A DNA stretch of 64,000 nucleotides from positions 10,478,001 through 10,542,000 of the forward strand of contig NC_083237.1 in the NCBI RefSeq assembly GCF_032191835.1, read 5' to 3'. Both the position numbers and the translations under genes were made by a program. Of this stretch, positions 35,233-49,025 are shown one piece after another. Origin of the DNA: Heteronotia binoei. Its lineage: Eukaryota. Each line of letters begins with the position of its first letter. Positions within the stretch are counted from its first letter, which is position 1. A model generated the notes under the pieces. That model was not told the DNA's origin. It searched no databases and saw only the letters and a program-made list of their open reading frames with translations.

Positions 35233-35430
35233 TAGATGCCCAGGCTAGCTAAGTCTCATCAGATCTCAGAAGCTAAGTAATGTCAGCCCTGATTAGTATT
35301 TGAATGGGAGACCACCAAGAAATTCCAGGGTTGCTATGCAGAGGAAGGCAATAGCAAACCACCTCCATTCCTCTCTTGCCTTGAAAACCCTATGGAGTTG
35401 CCATAAATCAGCTGTGACTTGATGGCACTT
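35233..35430 (+). mobile_element. 5S rRNA-headed SINE with Sauria/Bov-B-like tail (others at about 575-900 minus, 37250, 38340, 47385, 47635, 55195)
   Basis: Head resembles 5S (GATCTCAGAAGCTAAG..GTATTTGAATGGGAGACCACC); tail GAGGAAGGCAATAGCAAACCAC..CTTGCCTTGAAAACCCTATGG. Confidence 0.72.
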
Positions 35431-36197
35431 TCCACTTCCCCAGAATCCTAACAGGGACTAGCTTTGGAACAGTGTTGTTGCTGATGGGCCAGTTTCACTG
35501 GGCACCATATTGGTTCTGGATATAATTAAAATGGGGACATTGAAGACATTGCACAGGGGATTCTGGGATTTTTCTTTTTGCAAACTTTGTGGTTAAATTG
35601 GGCTTAAACCATAGAGTTCACCCCAAAACCAGATCATCCCCTGTGCAACATCTCCAACGCAATAACATCATTTGGGCTGATGTCATTGTATTGAGGATGT
35701 CATGCAGCAATGTCCCTGTTTAGGGGAGGGTTTTTCTGCTGGCCAGCTGGTCAGTGGTGAGGAGACGCTCCCAAAATCAGGGGATTCCCCTCCGTTACCT
35801 GGAAGCTGTAAACCCTAATTAGAACTGGATCCTACTATGGCTCGTTTTCTCCAAGAACATCTGGTGAACAAAGCATATGGAGGTTCATAAGAGAAAAGGA
35901 TCAGAAGAATAAACACTATCTGTGAGAGCAGATAAACCAATATATACATTTTGATGACAGGCATTGAAGATAGCCCTTTGCCCCTCTGGCCAACAGACAC
36001 AGATACTAAATCTGCTGCTAGATTAACCTTTGCTAAGGCATGCAAAAGATAATCCCAACAAGAAGGGCATTTGCGGATAAAGCAGAAGACTTTTGTTTGT
36101 ATGTTAAGTTGTCTGCCCTCCATAGCAGATGGATGAACGGTGAATCCTGTCACCATGGTGTCATCCACGGTGAATTCGATTTCACCTGGAACGCTAA

Positions 36198-36430
36198 GGC
36201 TGCAATGCACTTTCCATCCACTTTCAATGCACTTTCCAATTGGATTTCATTGTGCGAACGGGCAAAATACACTGTGGAAGTGGACTGAAAGTGCATTATT
36301 TGGTGTGTGTGTGATTGCACTTTCAATGCACTTTCCAACTGGATTTCATTGTGCGAACAGGCAAAATACACTTGGAAAGTGCATTGGAAGTGGATTGAAG
36401 GTGCATTATTTAGGGTGTGTGTTTGCAGCC
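36198..36430. mobile_element. PIF/Harbinger-type MITE
   Basis: TIR GGCTGCAA/TTGCAGCC; TSD TAA; internal duplicated palindromic units. Confidence 0.8.
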
Positions 36431-39339
36431 TAAACTGACTTGTCTGGACCAACTATTGTTAGGTATAGTAGAGTCTAGTATGTCATTGTCATTGTATATT
36501 TTGCTTTAAAAATAAAAGAAAGAAATCTAGTCAGTTTTAAAGGTGCTACTGGACTCAAATCTTACTCTTCCATGGTGGACCAACATTGTGATATACCTGA
36601 AACTATCTCTATTGCTGTATTAAGTGAGCCAGAGCAAACAGCAGACTATCTTGCATCAATTCACATAAAGCATATATCCACATAAAGTGTCACTACATGA
36701 GAATACAGTGAAACTTTTCATATTTCAGCACCGGTATTTCGTATGTGAGGGAGAAAAATGACAGGTACGAGGAAAATTATCCCCAAGGAAAGGAATCTCT
36801 AGATCAATTCAATCACCATCATTTTCGGTGAACATAAGAACTGTTCTCTTGATCTTCTGCTCTTTGAGAGATGGAAGAATAAAGTCTCATTCACTGGAAT
36901 ACACTCTCTGATCTTCTAGTCTTTGGATATTAATGCATAATTTTTGTTACGAATAAACAAAGAAACATGGTTCTGATCCAAACTACACAGAGTTAAGGCA
37001 CTTGGAGAACTGAACTTTTTTAAAAAAATCTTTTCAAGTCTTAATCTTCAACATGTCTACGAGAGCTTTTCTCAAGAGACATTCCTCAGGGAAATAATGG
37101 CAGATGCTTGGGTGTACCATCAAAAAGGGAGGCATAATAGCTCCTCTTCATCAGCAATGCCTTCAAAACAATACGCCAAGTATATAGAAAAGCAAGAAGG
37201 TTGGTGCCTACCATAATTGCCCTTATCTATTGGCCTATTGCTTTGATGTAGATGGCCCAGGCTAGACTGGTCTCATCAGATCTTGGGAGCTAAGCAGGTT
37301 TGTCTCTGATTGATACTTGGATGGGGAGCCACCAAGGAGTATCAGGGTAGCTATGCCAAGAAAAGCAATGGCAAACCACTTGTTTGTGTCTGCCTTAAAA
37401 ACCCTCCCTTGGTCTATCTCAGGTAGGTGAGATGAAAGTACAGATTTTTTTTTTAAAATGATGTGTCTATGTATAACATCATAAGTGCAACGTAAGAGGA
37501 CAATGAACTAATTCACTTCTTTTTTGGACAATGAACTAATTTGCATAGGATTTTGTAAGATGCTATGCATCCTCATCAAATGCTTGCCCCCCGGTATGGT
37601 TGCTTGGCAGACATTCTTTTTTATTCTAAAAATATTCCGGAGACTTACTGCACTTAACAGAAACGGTATTCGAGTAACTGAACTTACGAACAAGAGAGAA
37701 AAGGATGACAACTTCTTTTCGTTGCAGCAATAGATGTCCATTGTAAGATAGTGTCTCATTGCGTACCATTTATAATACGTTCCATCAACAAGAAAATCTC
37801 CTGTTATTTCACTGCATCCCTCTATATTCTTTTGAAAGATGAGGAACTTCTAGCTAACTTGATATCTATTTTGCATTTATGGATATTGGTTAGAATAAGT
37901 AATTTGTGAGTATGAAATTAATTACTACAGTCCATTGAAACAGGGTTTTCAGAAAGCTGCAAAAAAAAAAAAAAAAAGCTGAGTTCAGCTGTTTCGGGCT
38001 TTCTTGTGCAGTCTCCTTAAAATTTATTTTATTTTGTTTAGAGAAACTATATGCTAACTCTGCATCTTAAGGCAATTTACAATATNNNNNNNNNNNNNNN
38101 NNNNNNNNNNNNNNNNNNNNNNNNNNNNNNNNNNNNNNNNNNNNNNNNNNNNNNNNNNNNNNNNNNNNNNNNNNNNNNNNNNNNNNNNNNNNNNNNNNNN
38201 NNNNNNNNNNNNNNNNNNNNNNNNNNNNNNNNNNNNNNNNNNNNCATGTCCACTATACAAACTGAAACTTCTGCCAAAAATATAAATGAAGTTGAATAGA
38301 ATAGAGAGCATTTGCTGATTCTTAGTCAAATATTGCCCAACCTAGATGGCCCAAATGAGTCTGATTTTGTCAAGACTTTGGAAGCCAAGCAAGGTCAGTC
38401 CTGGTTAGTACTTATGAGACACCACTAAGGAAGTCCACAGCCACCATACAGGGGCTGGAAATGGTAAAGCGCCTCAGTTTCTCTTTTGACTTGAAAATCC
38501 TATGGGTGAGCATGAATTAATTGCAGTTTGATGGCACCTTCCACCACTAGTCTTAGTGTATGTATTAGTGTATGTAGATTCAGAAACAAGTGTGTGATGG
38601 GCCCAAAATCATCCAGCAAGCTTCCATGGCAGAGTGGGAATATTAAACCTGAGTCTCCCAGATCCTAATCTGACACTATAATCTGTGTACCACACTAGTT
38701 GTCAATATTTCTAGATTAATTATAGTTTTTTTGTCACTGAATCTAACTTTCATTAGTCTGTTTGGGTATTTATTAATTTTTTAATGTTCTGAAGTATTAA
38801 AAAAATCTACCCTGCCTTTTTCCTTATCTGTCCAGGATACCACAAGGAGGACTCAAGAAATCTCCCCCCCCCATCTCCTTCTTTCTCCCTTGCCCTCTTA
38901 AACTATTAATCACAGCTAAATTGTTTCAAAAAAATTCCACTTGGTTTACATGATTTGTTGAATTAATGTTTGAAATAACCCATCCTTATTCCATTTTTAA
39001 ACTGTATTTTCTATGTCATATAATGATTTACTCTTTCCATGTTCTAGGTTTTTTCCCATTAAACATTATCAATTGATGATGATGATTATACAATTACTTT
39101 GTATATTATCATATGCAACAAGTGATTTCATCCCCCCCACTTGCAGATTAAAGACTGGTGAAAATTACATGGAAGAACTTTTTTTTTTAAAGGGTTCCTG
39201 TATTGAAGGAAAAAAAAATCCTGAAATCCCCTATGGAAATCCCACCCACTATTTGACTGAAAAACTTTTTGGATGACGGTTCGCTTGGAAGTTGTCCCAC
39301 ACACTCTGATAGCTGAGGTGGCCTCGTATATTTATAGAC

Positions 39340-40305
39340 ATGATGAATATCTCAGCAGTTACTGAATTTGTCCTTTTGGGTTTCCCTTTGCTTTCCAACA
39401 CACGAATCCTTGGTTTCTTGTTGGTTCTGATGATGTACAGCCTAAGCATCCTAGGAAATGGATTCATCCTCACTATTGTTATGATTGACCAAAAACTCCA
39501 AACACCCATGTATGGCTTCTTGTGCAACCTGGCCTTTCTAGAGATCTGTTACACCAGCGTCGTATTCCCTAAATTATTGGAGACATTTATCAATACGAGG
39601 ACCACCATTTGTTACCGTTGCTGCATGGCTCAGATTTTTTTCATCTTCTCCTTTGGCGCCGTTCAACTCCTTCTCCTGACAATAATGGCCTTTGACCGCT
39701 ACATTGCCATATGTAAACCACTTCGCTACACAGTCATCATGACCAAAAATGTCTGCATCCGCTTGGCCACGGGGTGCTGGCTGGTAGGATTTCTATATAA
39801 TTTCTTCCAAGCTGTCTTGGTATGGACTCTGCCCTTCTGTGGAAAAAATGTTCTAGACCATTATATCTGTGACATTGGGCCAATGTTAAGTTTGTCCTGT
39901 GCTGACACTCATTTGCTTGAATTCATGTGTATGCTGTCAGCCATCTCCATTGTAGTCATCACTCTTTCCCTCATTGTGGTGTCCTATGTTTACATCATCT
40001 CTACCATATTACGTATCCCATCAGCGAGTGGGCGGAAGAAAGCATTTTCCACTTGCACATCTCATTTGACGGTGGTTTCCATTTTGTATGGAGCCATTGC
40101 TTTCATGTATATTCGGCCAAATGTGCACTCTTCCTTCCACTTCAATAAGGTGATAGCATTCTTGAACATGGCCCTTGCCCCCATGCTGAACCCTTTCATT
40201 TATACAATAAGGAATGTAGAAGTAAAGCAAGCCTTCTGGAGAACTGTCCATAAAACAAGCAGGTCCCTCAAAGAGAAAATGTTCTTAGAAAGGATGACTA
40301 AGTAG
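39340..40305 (+). CDS. Olfactory receptor, family-6-like (subfamily C, copy 1)
   Basis: 321 aa; MAFDRYIAICKPLRY, KAFSTCTSHL, APMLNPFIYTIRN; acceptor TTTATAG ends 39337. Confidence 0.95.
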   Translation: MMNISAVTEFVLLGFPLLSNTRILGFLLVLMMYSLSILGNGFILTIVMIDQKLQTPMYGFLCNLAFLEICYTSVVFPKLLETFINTRTTICYRCCMAQIFFIFSFGAVQLLLLTIMAFDRYIAICKPLRYTVIMTKNVCIRLATGCWLVGFLYNFFQAVLVWTLPFCGKNVLDHYICDIGPMLSLSCADTHLLEFMCMLSAISIVVITLSLIVVSYVYIISTILRIPSASGRKKAFSTCTSHLTVVSILYGAIAFMYIRPNVHSSFHFNKVIAFLNMALAPMLNPFIYTIRNVEVKQAFWRTVHKTSRSLKEKMFLERMTK

Positions 40306-40689
40306 CTATTGAATATGTGGCCAGGAAATTTCAAGGGCAAATTTTCAAAGGGCAAAGAGAAAGGTGATTCCCACGTTTCACCAAAGAACCTTAAATGTTC
40401 CCTTCACTCTTTGAGATTAGCTAGACACTATGGGTGTGTGCCAAGAAAAAAAAGTAATCATTTTCGGATCAAGGCTTGTGGGGACAGAGTTACCAGGATG
40501 CTGGAGGTGCCCAGCGGTGCCCCTCCTCTGGGCCCTGCAGGAATAAGAAGAAGCCCCCCATGACCATGCTACAGTCACCTGGGGGGTGTGACCCACAAGC
40601 AGGAACCCCCCCCCAGGCCCACCTGAAGTTGGCAGCCTCGCCTCTGCCTTGATCAATTACCCTCTAGACAGCTTTCAGAGGGGAATGGA

Positions 40690-40940
40690 TAAACATCTGG
40701 AGCAGAGGTCCATCAGTGGCTCTTAGCCACAGTGTATTGTGGGGACTCTCTGTCTGGGGCAAGTGATGCTCTGTATTCTTGGTGCTTGGGGGGCACAGTG
40801 GGAGGGCTTCTAGTGTCCTACTGGCTCCACTGATGGACCTCTTGATGGCACCTGGGTTTTTTGGCCACTGCGTGACACAGAGTGTTGGACTGGATGGGCC
40901 ATTGGCTGATTCAACATGGCTTCTCCTGTGTTCTTATGAT
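40690..40940 (+). mobile_element. CR1 3' UTR fragment (others at 985-1105, 16782-16915, 29065-29150, 52414-52548)
   Basis: GTCCATCAGTGGCT...GACACAGAGTGTTGGACTGGATGGGCC...CTTATG, shared with the 53661 element; the 52414 copy is of the 12776 type. Confidence 0.75.
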
Positions 40941-43351
40941 TACTTATTATGTAGAACATTATGGTTTTTGGATTCAAGTATGGTAGGTTGAGCGGATTCC
41001 GGTGTTTGGGGGTCAGGAAACTGTTGTCCTTGATTTTTGTATCTGTGAACGTGGCTTCCTTTCAGAACTCCCCCCATAGGGACAACATTGCTGCACACTC
41101 TTACAGACACCAGCAATTGGCCAGCCCTCTTGCTGGGCTCCAGTGGCTCAAAACCGGTGGGTGCCATGGAGCAGCCACAGAGATTGACCACACACCATTT
41201 CCTCAAATGAAACCATGAGGGGTAGGATGAGCCTATTCAGATACGGCACGGGAGATCTAGCCAATCCGGGAGGTGATTGACTGGCCTTGTAGGGTGGTAA
41301 ATGCCATTACCAGATCAGTCTTTCCCGAAGCAAGCTTCCCACCAGCCCACCCTCTTGGTAAGACCATATGAGATTAGCTAGTCGCCAGTTATGGGACTGA
41401 GCAGGAATTTTTTGGGCCTCACTCTGATTGGCCATAGAGGGGACCTTTTTTCACCTGCTCCACATGGTCAAAGAGGGTGAGGCATAAATAGGCCTGGTGT
41501 CACTGGTTAGGCCCTGACTGGGAAGGCGGGAAAAGCACAGATTAAAAGGATTTGGAACTGGCAAGCACCCTGAGATGTCAGCTATGGAGGGGGGTCCTCA
41601 ACTGGGCTGCCTAGAGGCTTGGCAGTCCGGGTGACTTGATTGGGGGCAACGTTGGGATTGGGGGAGCATACGACTGGCCCTAAGGCTTTGCAGTTGTGGA
41701 CCGGGGGTATGTGTGCCCATCCCCTCTACGCACTGGTGACGGGTAGGGTCCAGAAGTTTCCAGACCTGGCCCTGAGCTGGGGTGGATTTGCCCTGTCAGA
41801 AAGCTTGCTTTGCAAGCTCAAGGCAACCTGTGCTTTATGATGCATGTAATGGTGCAGATCAGCTTTTGTGTAAATAAAGTCCCCGTTTAACCCATAACTT
41901 GTGTGGTGTTTCATTTGAAGGGTGGGTTGGCAATCACAATAACAAGATTGCAAGGTTTTTTATATCTTTCCTTCCTGTTCCAGTCAGTTTTCTGTTGCCA
42001 AAGGAACCCGCACTAATATGAAGGAAAGAGATGATGTTGCGGTTCAACTTAGAAATGTTTAAATAAACTTTATTTTAACTCATTTTGGAGTCTTGCATCT
42101 TTATTTGGGGGGTAAGTGGCTGTAAACAAATTATTTGTTAACTTCACATGTTTTGGTGTCCTTTAGAAGAAAGGGAATTGAGCACTGTTACTGATATCTT
42201 TTAAGTGGTTGACAGAAAATTCCTTTCCAAATGTACAATTCTTTAAAGAGAAGAATAAAGAATGGCAGATTTATACCCTGCCCTTCTCTCTGAATCAGAG
42301 ACTCAGAGTGGCTCACAATCTCCTTTATCTTCTCTCCCCACAACAGACACCCTGTGAGGTAGGTGAGGCTGAGAGGGCTCTCCCAGCAGCTGCCTTTTCA
42401 AGGACAACTCCTACGAGAGCTATGGTTAACCCAAGGCCATTCCAGCAGCTGCAAGTGGAGGAGTGGGGAATGAAACCCACTTCTCCCAGATAAGAGTCTA
42501 CGCACTCAACCGCTACACCAAACTGGCGCTCTAAAAAGCAAAAAGTAAGTCCCTTTGAACTCATTGTGGCTTATTCTCTACTAAATGTATTTAAGATTTA
42601 ATCCTCAGTCTACCAGGAGCAAAGGATGTTTTGTTTGTATCTTTGTGTTGAGGGCCTCCTTTCTTCATGAAAAGTGATGGAGCTCATTGAAAAGTGATGG
42701 AGCTCATTGAAAAGTAGGCCCTAGTCAGAAGGCACTTCATCCACTTGATATGACCTAATAGCCTCTCTGCTATATCATAATGAGGTCAATTGTTTTCAGT
42801 GGATCAAACTATACTCGTTCCCCATGAGTTCTCCCTGGGAAGGTGCTATAGCTCAGTGGCAGAGTCCCAGATTCACTCATTGGATTCTCCAGTCAAAAGA
42901 AGCTGGTAGTAAGTGAGGCTATAGGTGATAAAAAAAGACCTCTGTCAAAGACCTCTGCCCAAGATTCTGCCCAGTCTGAAAAAACAATATCAGTTGTGAT
43001 GGATCAAAGATCTGATTCAGTATAAGGCACCTTTGTGTGTTCATTGTTGCTTACCACCATATTGCAGTTGCAAGTTCCATGAGGCAAGTTGTGTGCAAAA
43101 GGTACAGACGGGGTCCATTACGATCCGGACATCAATGTGGGGGGAGGTGCTCTTGACTCTCCCTTATTCCATTTTCAGCAGCTGAAGCAACCCAAGGGGC
43201 TGCAGGGGCAGATGTTATTTGCACTGTAGTGAGCTGCAAGTGCATGCTTTCAGTCTGTGTGCAGCCTCTCTACAGTGCAAATGATGCCCGTTGCCACAAC
43301 CCTTGGGCCAAAAATAGTGCAGACGTGTGCATCATTGCATAAGGCATTTGG

Positions 43352-43581
43352 TATGGAGCCATTGCTTTCATGTATATTCGGCCAAATGTCCACTCTTCCT
43401 TTCACTTCAGTAAGGCAGTAGGAGTTTTAACCTCAGTCCTTGCCCCCATGCTGAACCCTTTCATTTATACAATAAGGAATGTAGAAGTAAAGCAAGCCTT
43501 CTGGAGAGCTGCCCATAAAACATCTTTGAAAGGATTTCGCTCAATGAGAAATTATTCTTTGAAAGGATTACTGATAAGTAG
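43352..43581 (+). pseudogene. 3' fragment (TM6-C-terminus) of a subfamily C OR
   Basis: YGAIAFMYIRPNVHSSFHFSKAV...PMLNPFIYTIRNVEVKQAFW with no upstream OR sequence; the C-terminal tail is rearranged. Confidence 0.85.
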
Positions 43582-44029
43582 CTTCTGAATAGATGGCAAG
43601 GAAACTGCAAGGAAATGTTGTTTACACATTTCCTGAGAGCAATGAGAAATTGTAAAGAGTCCAGTGTAATGTTCCCTCTAAGCTGCAGAGTCTTGTGAGC
43701 AAAAATTCTAATTTGTGAGCTATTGGTATTGAAGTTGTGAGCTACTGGTATTAAAGTTGCGAGCTACTGCATACATTATTGTGCTCTGGGGCCATTTTTC
43801 CTTAGCCAAGACAAAAAAGTATGTGCTGGAGGCTAAAAAACTGTGAGCTAGCTCACACTAACTCAGCTTAGAGGGAACGCTGGTCCAGTGACACCTTTAA
43901 GACTAACACATTTTATTATAGCATAAACTTTTGAGAAATACAGTAGTCTTCAACAAATTTGAATTGAAAACCATAATGATTTATCTGCCTCTCAAAGAAA
44001 AAGGGTAGAATTTCAGATAAAGGCTTACA

Positions 44030-44710
44030 TAAAAACATAAGAGAAGCCATGTTGGATCCGGCCAATGGCCCATCCAGTCCAATACTCTGTGTCACACAGT
44101 GGCCAGAAAAAAAAGGAGGTTCACAAGTAGGGCTAGAAGACCTTCCACTTCCCCCCCCCCCCCAAGCACCAAGAATACAGAGCATCACTGCCCCAGACAG
44201 TTCCAATAATATGCTGTGGCTAATAGCCACTGATGGACCTCTGTTCCATATTTTTATCCAAACCCCTCTTGAAGCTGGCTATGCTTGTAGCCACCACCAC
44301 CTCCTGTGGCAGTGAATTCCACATGTTAATCACCCTTTGGGTGAAGAAGTACTTCCTTTTATCCCTTCTAACCCGACTGTTCAGCAATTTCATTGAATGC
44401 CCACAATTTCTTGTATTGTGAGAAAGGAACAAAAGTACTTCTTTCTCTACTTTCTCCATCTCATGCATAATCTTGTAAGCCTCTATCATGTCACCCTGCA
44501 GTCTCCAAGCTAAAGAGCCCCAAGCATTTTAACCTTTCTTTATAGGGAAAGTGTTCCGAACCTTTAATCATTCTAATTGCCCTTTTCTGGACTTTTTCCA
44601 GTGCTGTAATATCCTTTCTAATGTGCGGTGACCAGAATTGTACACAGTATTTCAAATGAGACCACACCATCAATTTATACAGGGGCATTATGATACTGGC
44701 TGATTTGTTT
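44030..44710 (-). mobile_element. CR1 3' fragment, decayed
   Basis: Two broken frames (44491-44688, 44220-44489) homologous to the 53670 RT C-terminus. Confidence 0.88.
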
Positions 44711-47342
44711 TCAATTCCTTCCTAATAATTTCCAGCATGGCTTGGTGAGGGGGGGGTCATGATTTCTTATTCCTGGGTAGGTCATCATGGTTTTGGATTC
44801 AAATCTGCAAGATTTAGGGGATTGTGGAATTTGGAGAAATATATACAAGGGTCTTGGTCAGCTTCTTATGAAGACAATGGTACCAAATTTGCACAGAACA
44901 CAATTTTTCCTGTTATCTAAAGACCCCTTTCAATTTAAGCTGATTGAACAAAGAAATATATTTTTACAGAACCACCAAAATAGGTGACTTTCTGTATAGC
45001 CATATCTTTTTTGAATCCCATAATGGGGAGCCAAATGTTAGCCTAGCATGGGAGCTCTGGCAGATAAAAACAATCTGCATTCATTTTTGTTTCCTATTCT
45101 TACAGTGACTAACAATGAAAAAAAAAACACATTAAGTGAAAATAATGTATTTTCCATCCTTCCTTGTCTTAGCCTCTCTGTTTTTTTTTCACCAAATAAA
45201 AGTGGCTTCCTTTCAGAACTGTCTCCATCCCTTCCTGTCATTCTGCAATTACTCCCTCCGGGGGAAAAATTCCTGCAGTGTGGGTGTCGTCTGTCCACTG
45301 AAGAACCCCAAGTAAACTGAACCATGGTGTTAAATTTTACCACACTCTGGACATATTGCCTTTAACTCACTATTTTCCCAGCTACAGTATCTGCAAAATA
45401 AACAACAAACTAATTAAAAGGGCCCTACAGTATCTGCAAAATAAACAACAAACTAATTAAAAGGAGAGCAGGAGTTCTCTGCACCTTGTCCCAAAAGTGA
45501 TTGGCTGGAAACACTGTGTGCTCCGCCTATCAAGGATCTCATTGGAAGGGAGAAATGCCATTGCCAAGGAAGTCAGTGGAATCAACAAAAAACAAGCTTT
45601 CATGCTGCATGATTGGCAAGTATACAAAAAAAAATTTCCCCCAGAGAGGCTTCTTTTTTGTTATACCAACAAGCCTAGATTTGTATTACTGTACTGAAAA
45701 ATCACTGTACAAACCCACACTAGCTACTTTCATGTATACCTTCAGCTCAGCAATTTCATTATGCACACCTCTACCAGACATCAGCAACTGACCAACCTTC
45801 TTGCTGGGCTCTGTTGGTTGATCACAATAACCTGTTGTCAAGGTTGTTCATATCTTTCATTCCCATTCTACTCAGTTTTCTGTTGCTAAAGGAACCCACA
45901 CTGACATGAAAGAAAGAGATGATGTTACAGTTAAACATAGAAATTTTTAAAATAAACTTTATGTTAACTTACATTGGAGTCTTGCCTCTTTATTTGCAGG
46001 GTAAGGGGTTGCAAATAAATTGTTTGTTAACTTCATGTGTTTTGGTGTCTTTTAGAAGAAAGATGATTGAGCACTGTTACTGATATCTTTTAAGTGATTG
46101 ACAGGAAATTCCTTTCCAGATATCTACAGTATAATCCTTTAAAAAAAAATTCAGAAGGAAGTTCTATTGAACTCACTGGGGCTTATTCCCTACTGAATGC
46201 ATCTAGGATTTAATACTGAGTCTACCAGGAGCAAAGGATGTTTTGTTTGTTTCTTTGTGTCGAGGCCTTCCTATCTTCATGAAAAGTGTTGTAGCTCATT
46301 GAGAAGTTGGCCCTAGTCAGAAGATACTTTGTCCACTTGATATGACCTGATAGCCTCTCTGCTATATCATAATGTGGTCAATTTTTTTTTGAAGATCAAA
46401 CTATACTCTTTCTCAATGAGTTTTCCACGGGGAGGTGCTGTGGCTCAATGGCAGAGCATCTGTTTGGCTTTCAGAGAATCCCAGGTTCAGTTACTGGAAT
46501 CTCCACTTAAAAGGAGATGGCAGGAAGTGAGGTAGCAGGTGATGAAAAAGACCTATGCCCAGGACCCTGAACTACTGCTGTCAGTCTGAGAAGACAAAGA
46601 TCTGATTCATTATAAGGCACTTTCTGAGACTTTCTTGAGACTTGCCACCATATTGCAGTGGCAGGTTCCCGTGGCAAGTTGTGTGTAAAAGGTACAGATG
46701 AGGTCCATTATGATCAAGACATCAATGTGGGGGGAAGGGGTCTTGACTCTCCCTTATTCCATTTTCAGCAGCGAAAGTAACTCAAGGGGCTCTAGGGATA
46801 GGTGTTATCTGCACTGTAGAAAGCAGCTACTGCATTTTTTGCAGTTTGAGTGCATGATGAAAACAATGCCTGTTGCCATAACCCATGGTTCATTTTGACT
46901 GCCAAAAGTGGTGTAGATGGTGCGTCATTGTTTATGGCCCAACAAGGCATCCTAAATCCATGTAAAAGATGGTCTGAGAGAATACGGCAGATATCCCAGT
47001 GTGTTCTGACAGAAGAATTTCTTTAGAGACAATATTTTAGAATGTTTCTTTGTTTGCTCAGAAAGAAATTAAAATATCACACTGATGACTGCATGTATAC
47101 TTCAATAATATAGACCAAGGTGTTCAACAGAGGGTTCAAGCACTTGGAGGAATTAACTACATTTTTTTTTTCTTGAGGCTTAATTAATGTTCTGAATAAG
47201 TCTAGGAGAACTTTTCTCAAGAGACATTCCTCTGGGAAATGATGGCAGATACTAGGATGTGCCATCAAAAAGAAAGACATAATTGCTCCACTTTATCAAA
47301 AGTGGCTTCAAAACAATATGTCAAGTACACAGGAAAGCAATA

Positions 47343-47830
47343 AAGTTGGTGTGTATGATGCATTGCCTTTATCTATTGCCCTGATGTGGATAGTCCAGGC
47401 TAGCCCAGACTCATCAGATCTTGGGAGCTAAACTACATTGTCCCTGGTTAGTAGTTGGATGGGAAACCGCCAAAGGATCTCAGGGTGGCTATGCCAAGAC
47501 AAGCCATGGTAAACCACCTGTTTGTGTCTGCCTTGAAAACCCTCCCTTGGTCTATCTCAGGTAGGTGAGATGAAAGTACCATTAAGTTGGTGTGTACCAT
47601 GCATTGCCCTTATCTATTGGCCTTTTGACTTGAGATGGATAGCCCAGGCTAGATCAGACTCATCAGATCTTGGGAGCTAAGCAGCAGCATTGTCCATACT
47701 TAGTAGTTGGACGGAAAACCACCAAGGGATCTCAGGGTTGCTATGCCAAGACAACCAATGACAAACCACTTGTTTGTGTCTGCCTTGAAAACCTTTCCTT
47801 GGTCTATCTCAGGTAGGTGAGATGAAAGTA
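47343..47830 (+). repeat. About 245-bp local tandem duplication containing a 5S SINE
   Basis: 47343-47579 is repeated at about 47585-47830. Confidence 0.8.
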
Positions 47831-49025
47831 CAGATTTTTTTTTTTTACAATGTATTTATATATAGCATCATCAGTGCAACATGGGAAGACAATGAACTAA
47901 TTTACATTGGATTTTGTAAGATGCTATGCATCATGTTCATGGTTGCTTGGTAGTCATTCTTTTTATTCTAAAAATATGCTGGAGACTGACACACTCCCTT
48001 TAATTCAACAGAAAGAGTGTCCAAGTAACTAGGCTTATGAGCAGGAGATAGGGTACAGCTTGTCTTGTTGTCAGTGCAGCAGAAGAACCCATTGTGAGAT
48101 AGTGCCTCATTGTGTACCAATCGTAATATGTCCCATGAATTTGAAGGGAACTTGTTATTGAATTGCAGCCTTTGGTATTACTTTGAAAGGTGAGGAATTT
48201 CTAGTTAACTGATATCTATGTTTGCATTTATGAATATTGGTTATCATCCTATATTAAAAGCTCTCTCTGTAGCTTAGAAAAAGTAATTGGTGAGTATGAA
48301 AATTATCATAGTCCCTTTAAGTGGGATTTGAAGAAAACCACAAAAAAATCTAACTCAGCTGTTTCACCCTTTCTTGTCCAGGCATTTAAAGTTTAAAGGG
48401 ACTGCACTAGAAATCCCAAAAATGGGGACAAGCTGCTCTCTGCAGCTCAGCTGTTGTTGGGTTTTTTGGGGGGTAGAGTGGATCTTGTTCACACTTAAAG
48501 TAGCTTCTCCCTGTTTTGGGGCTTTCTTATGAAAGCCCAAACAGCTGAGCAGCAGAAAGCACGAGTTTAAGGGGCCCTGGAGTCCCTTTAAAGCCCTGCT
48601 TTTTGCTCTGTCCATGAACCACCATGAACCTCCATAAACTGCTTTAAAAATTCATGGAAGTTTGCCATGGTAGATGCATGAAAAATTTGTATTGTGAACC
48701 ACAAATCAGGCAAAATTAATTATGACTGGACTATAGAACTTTATAGGACATACTATCAGACTGCTGCATGCATTATCCGGTTGTCTTTTCATTGTATTTT
48801 AACTGCTTTAATACCATTTTTATTCATCATATCAACAAGGATACATTGAATTATCCTGTATTGGTACTCAGATTTCCAAAAATTGGGGGAGGGGAGGTAT
48901 GATCATAGCATATTAGGCATGATATTGATAGTGTCATATTGATATTGTCAGCCATCACAGTGCTTATTAGAAGTCTCTCCAGTTGGACTGTTATCAATTT
49001 ATACTGTAGCAGCAGAAAAGAGCAA

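Noticed and set aside
35233-35315. 5S rRNA-like sequence
   Set aside because: Partial, diverged and fused to a retroposon tail; not an rRNA gene.
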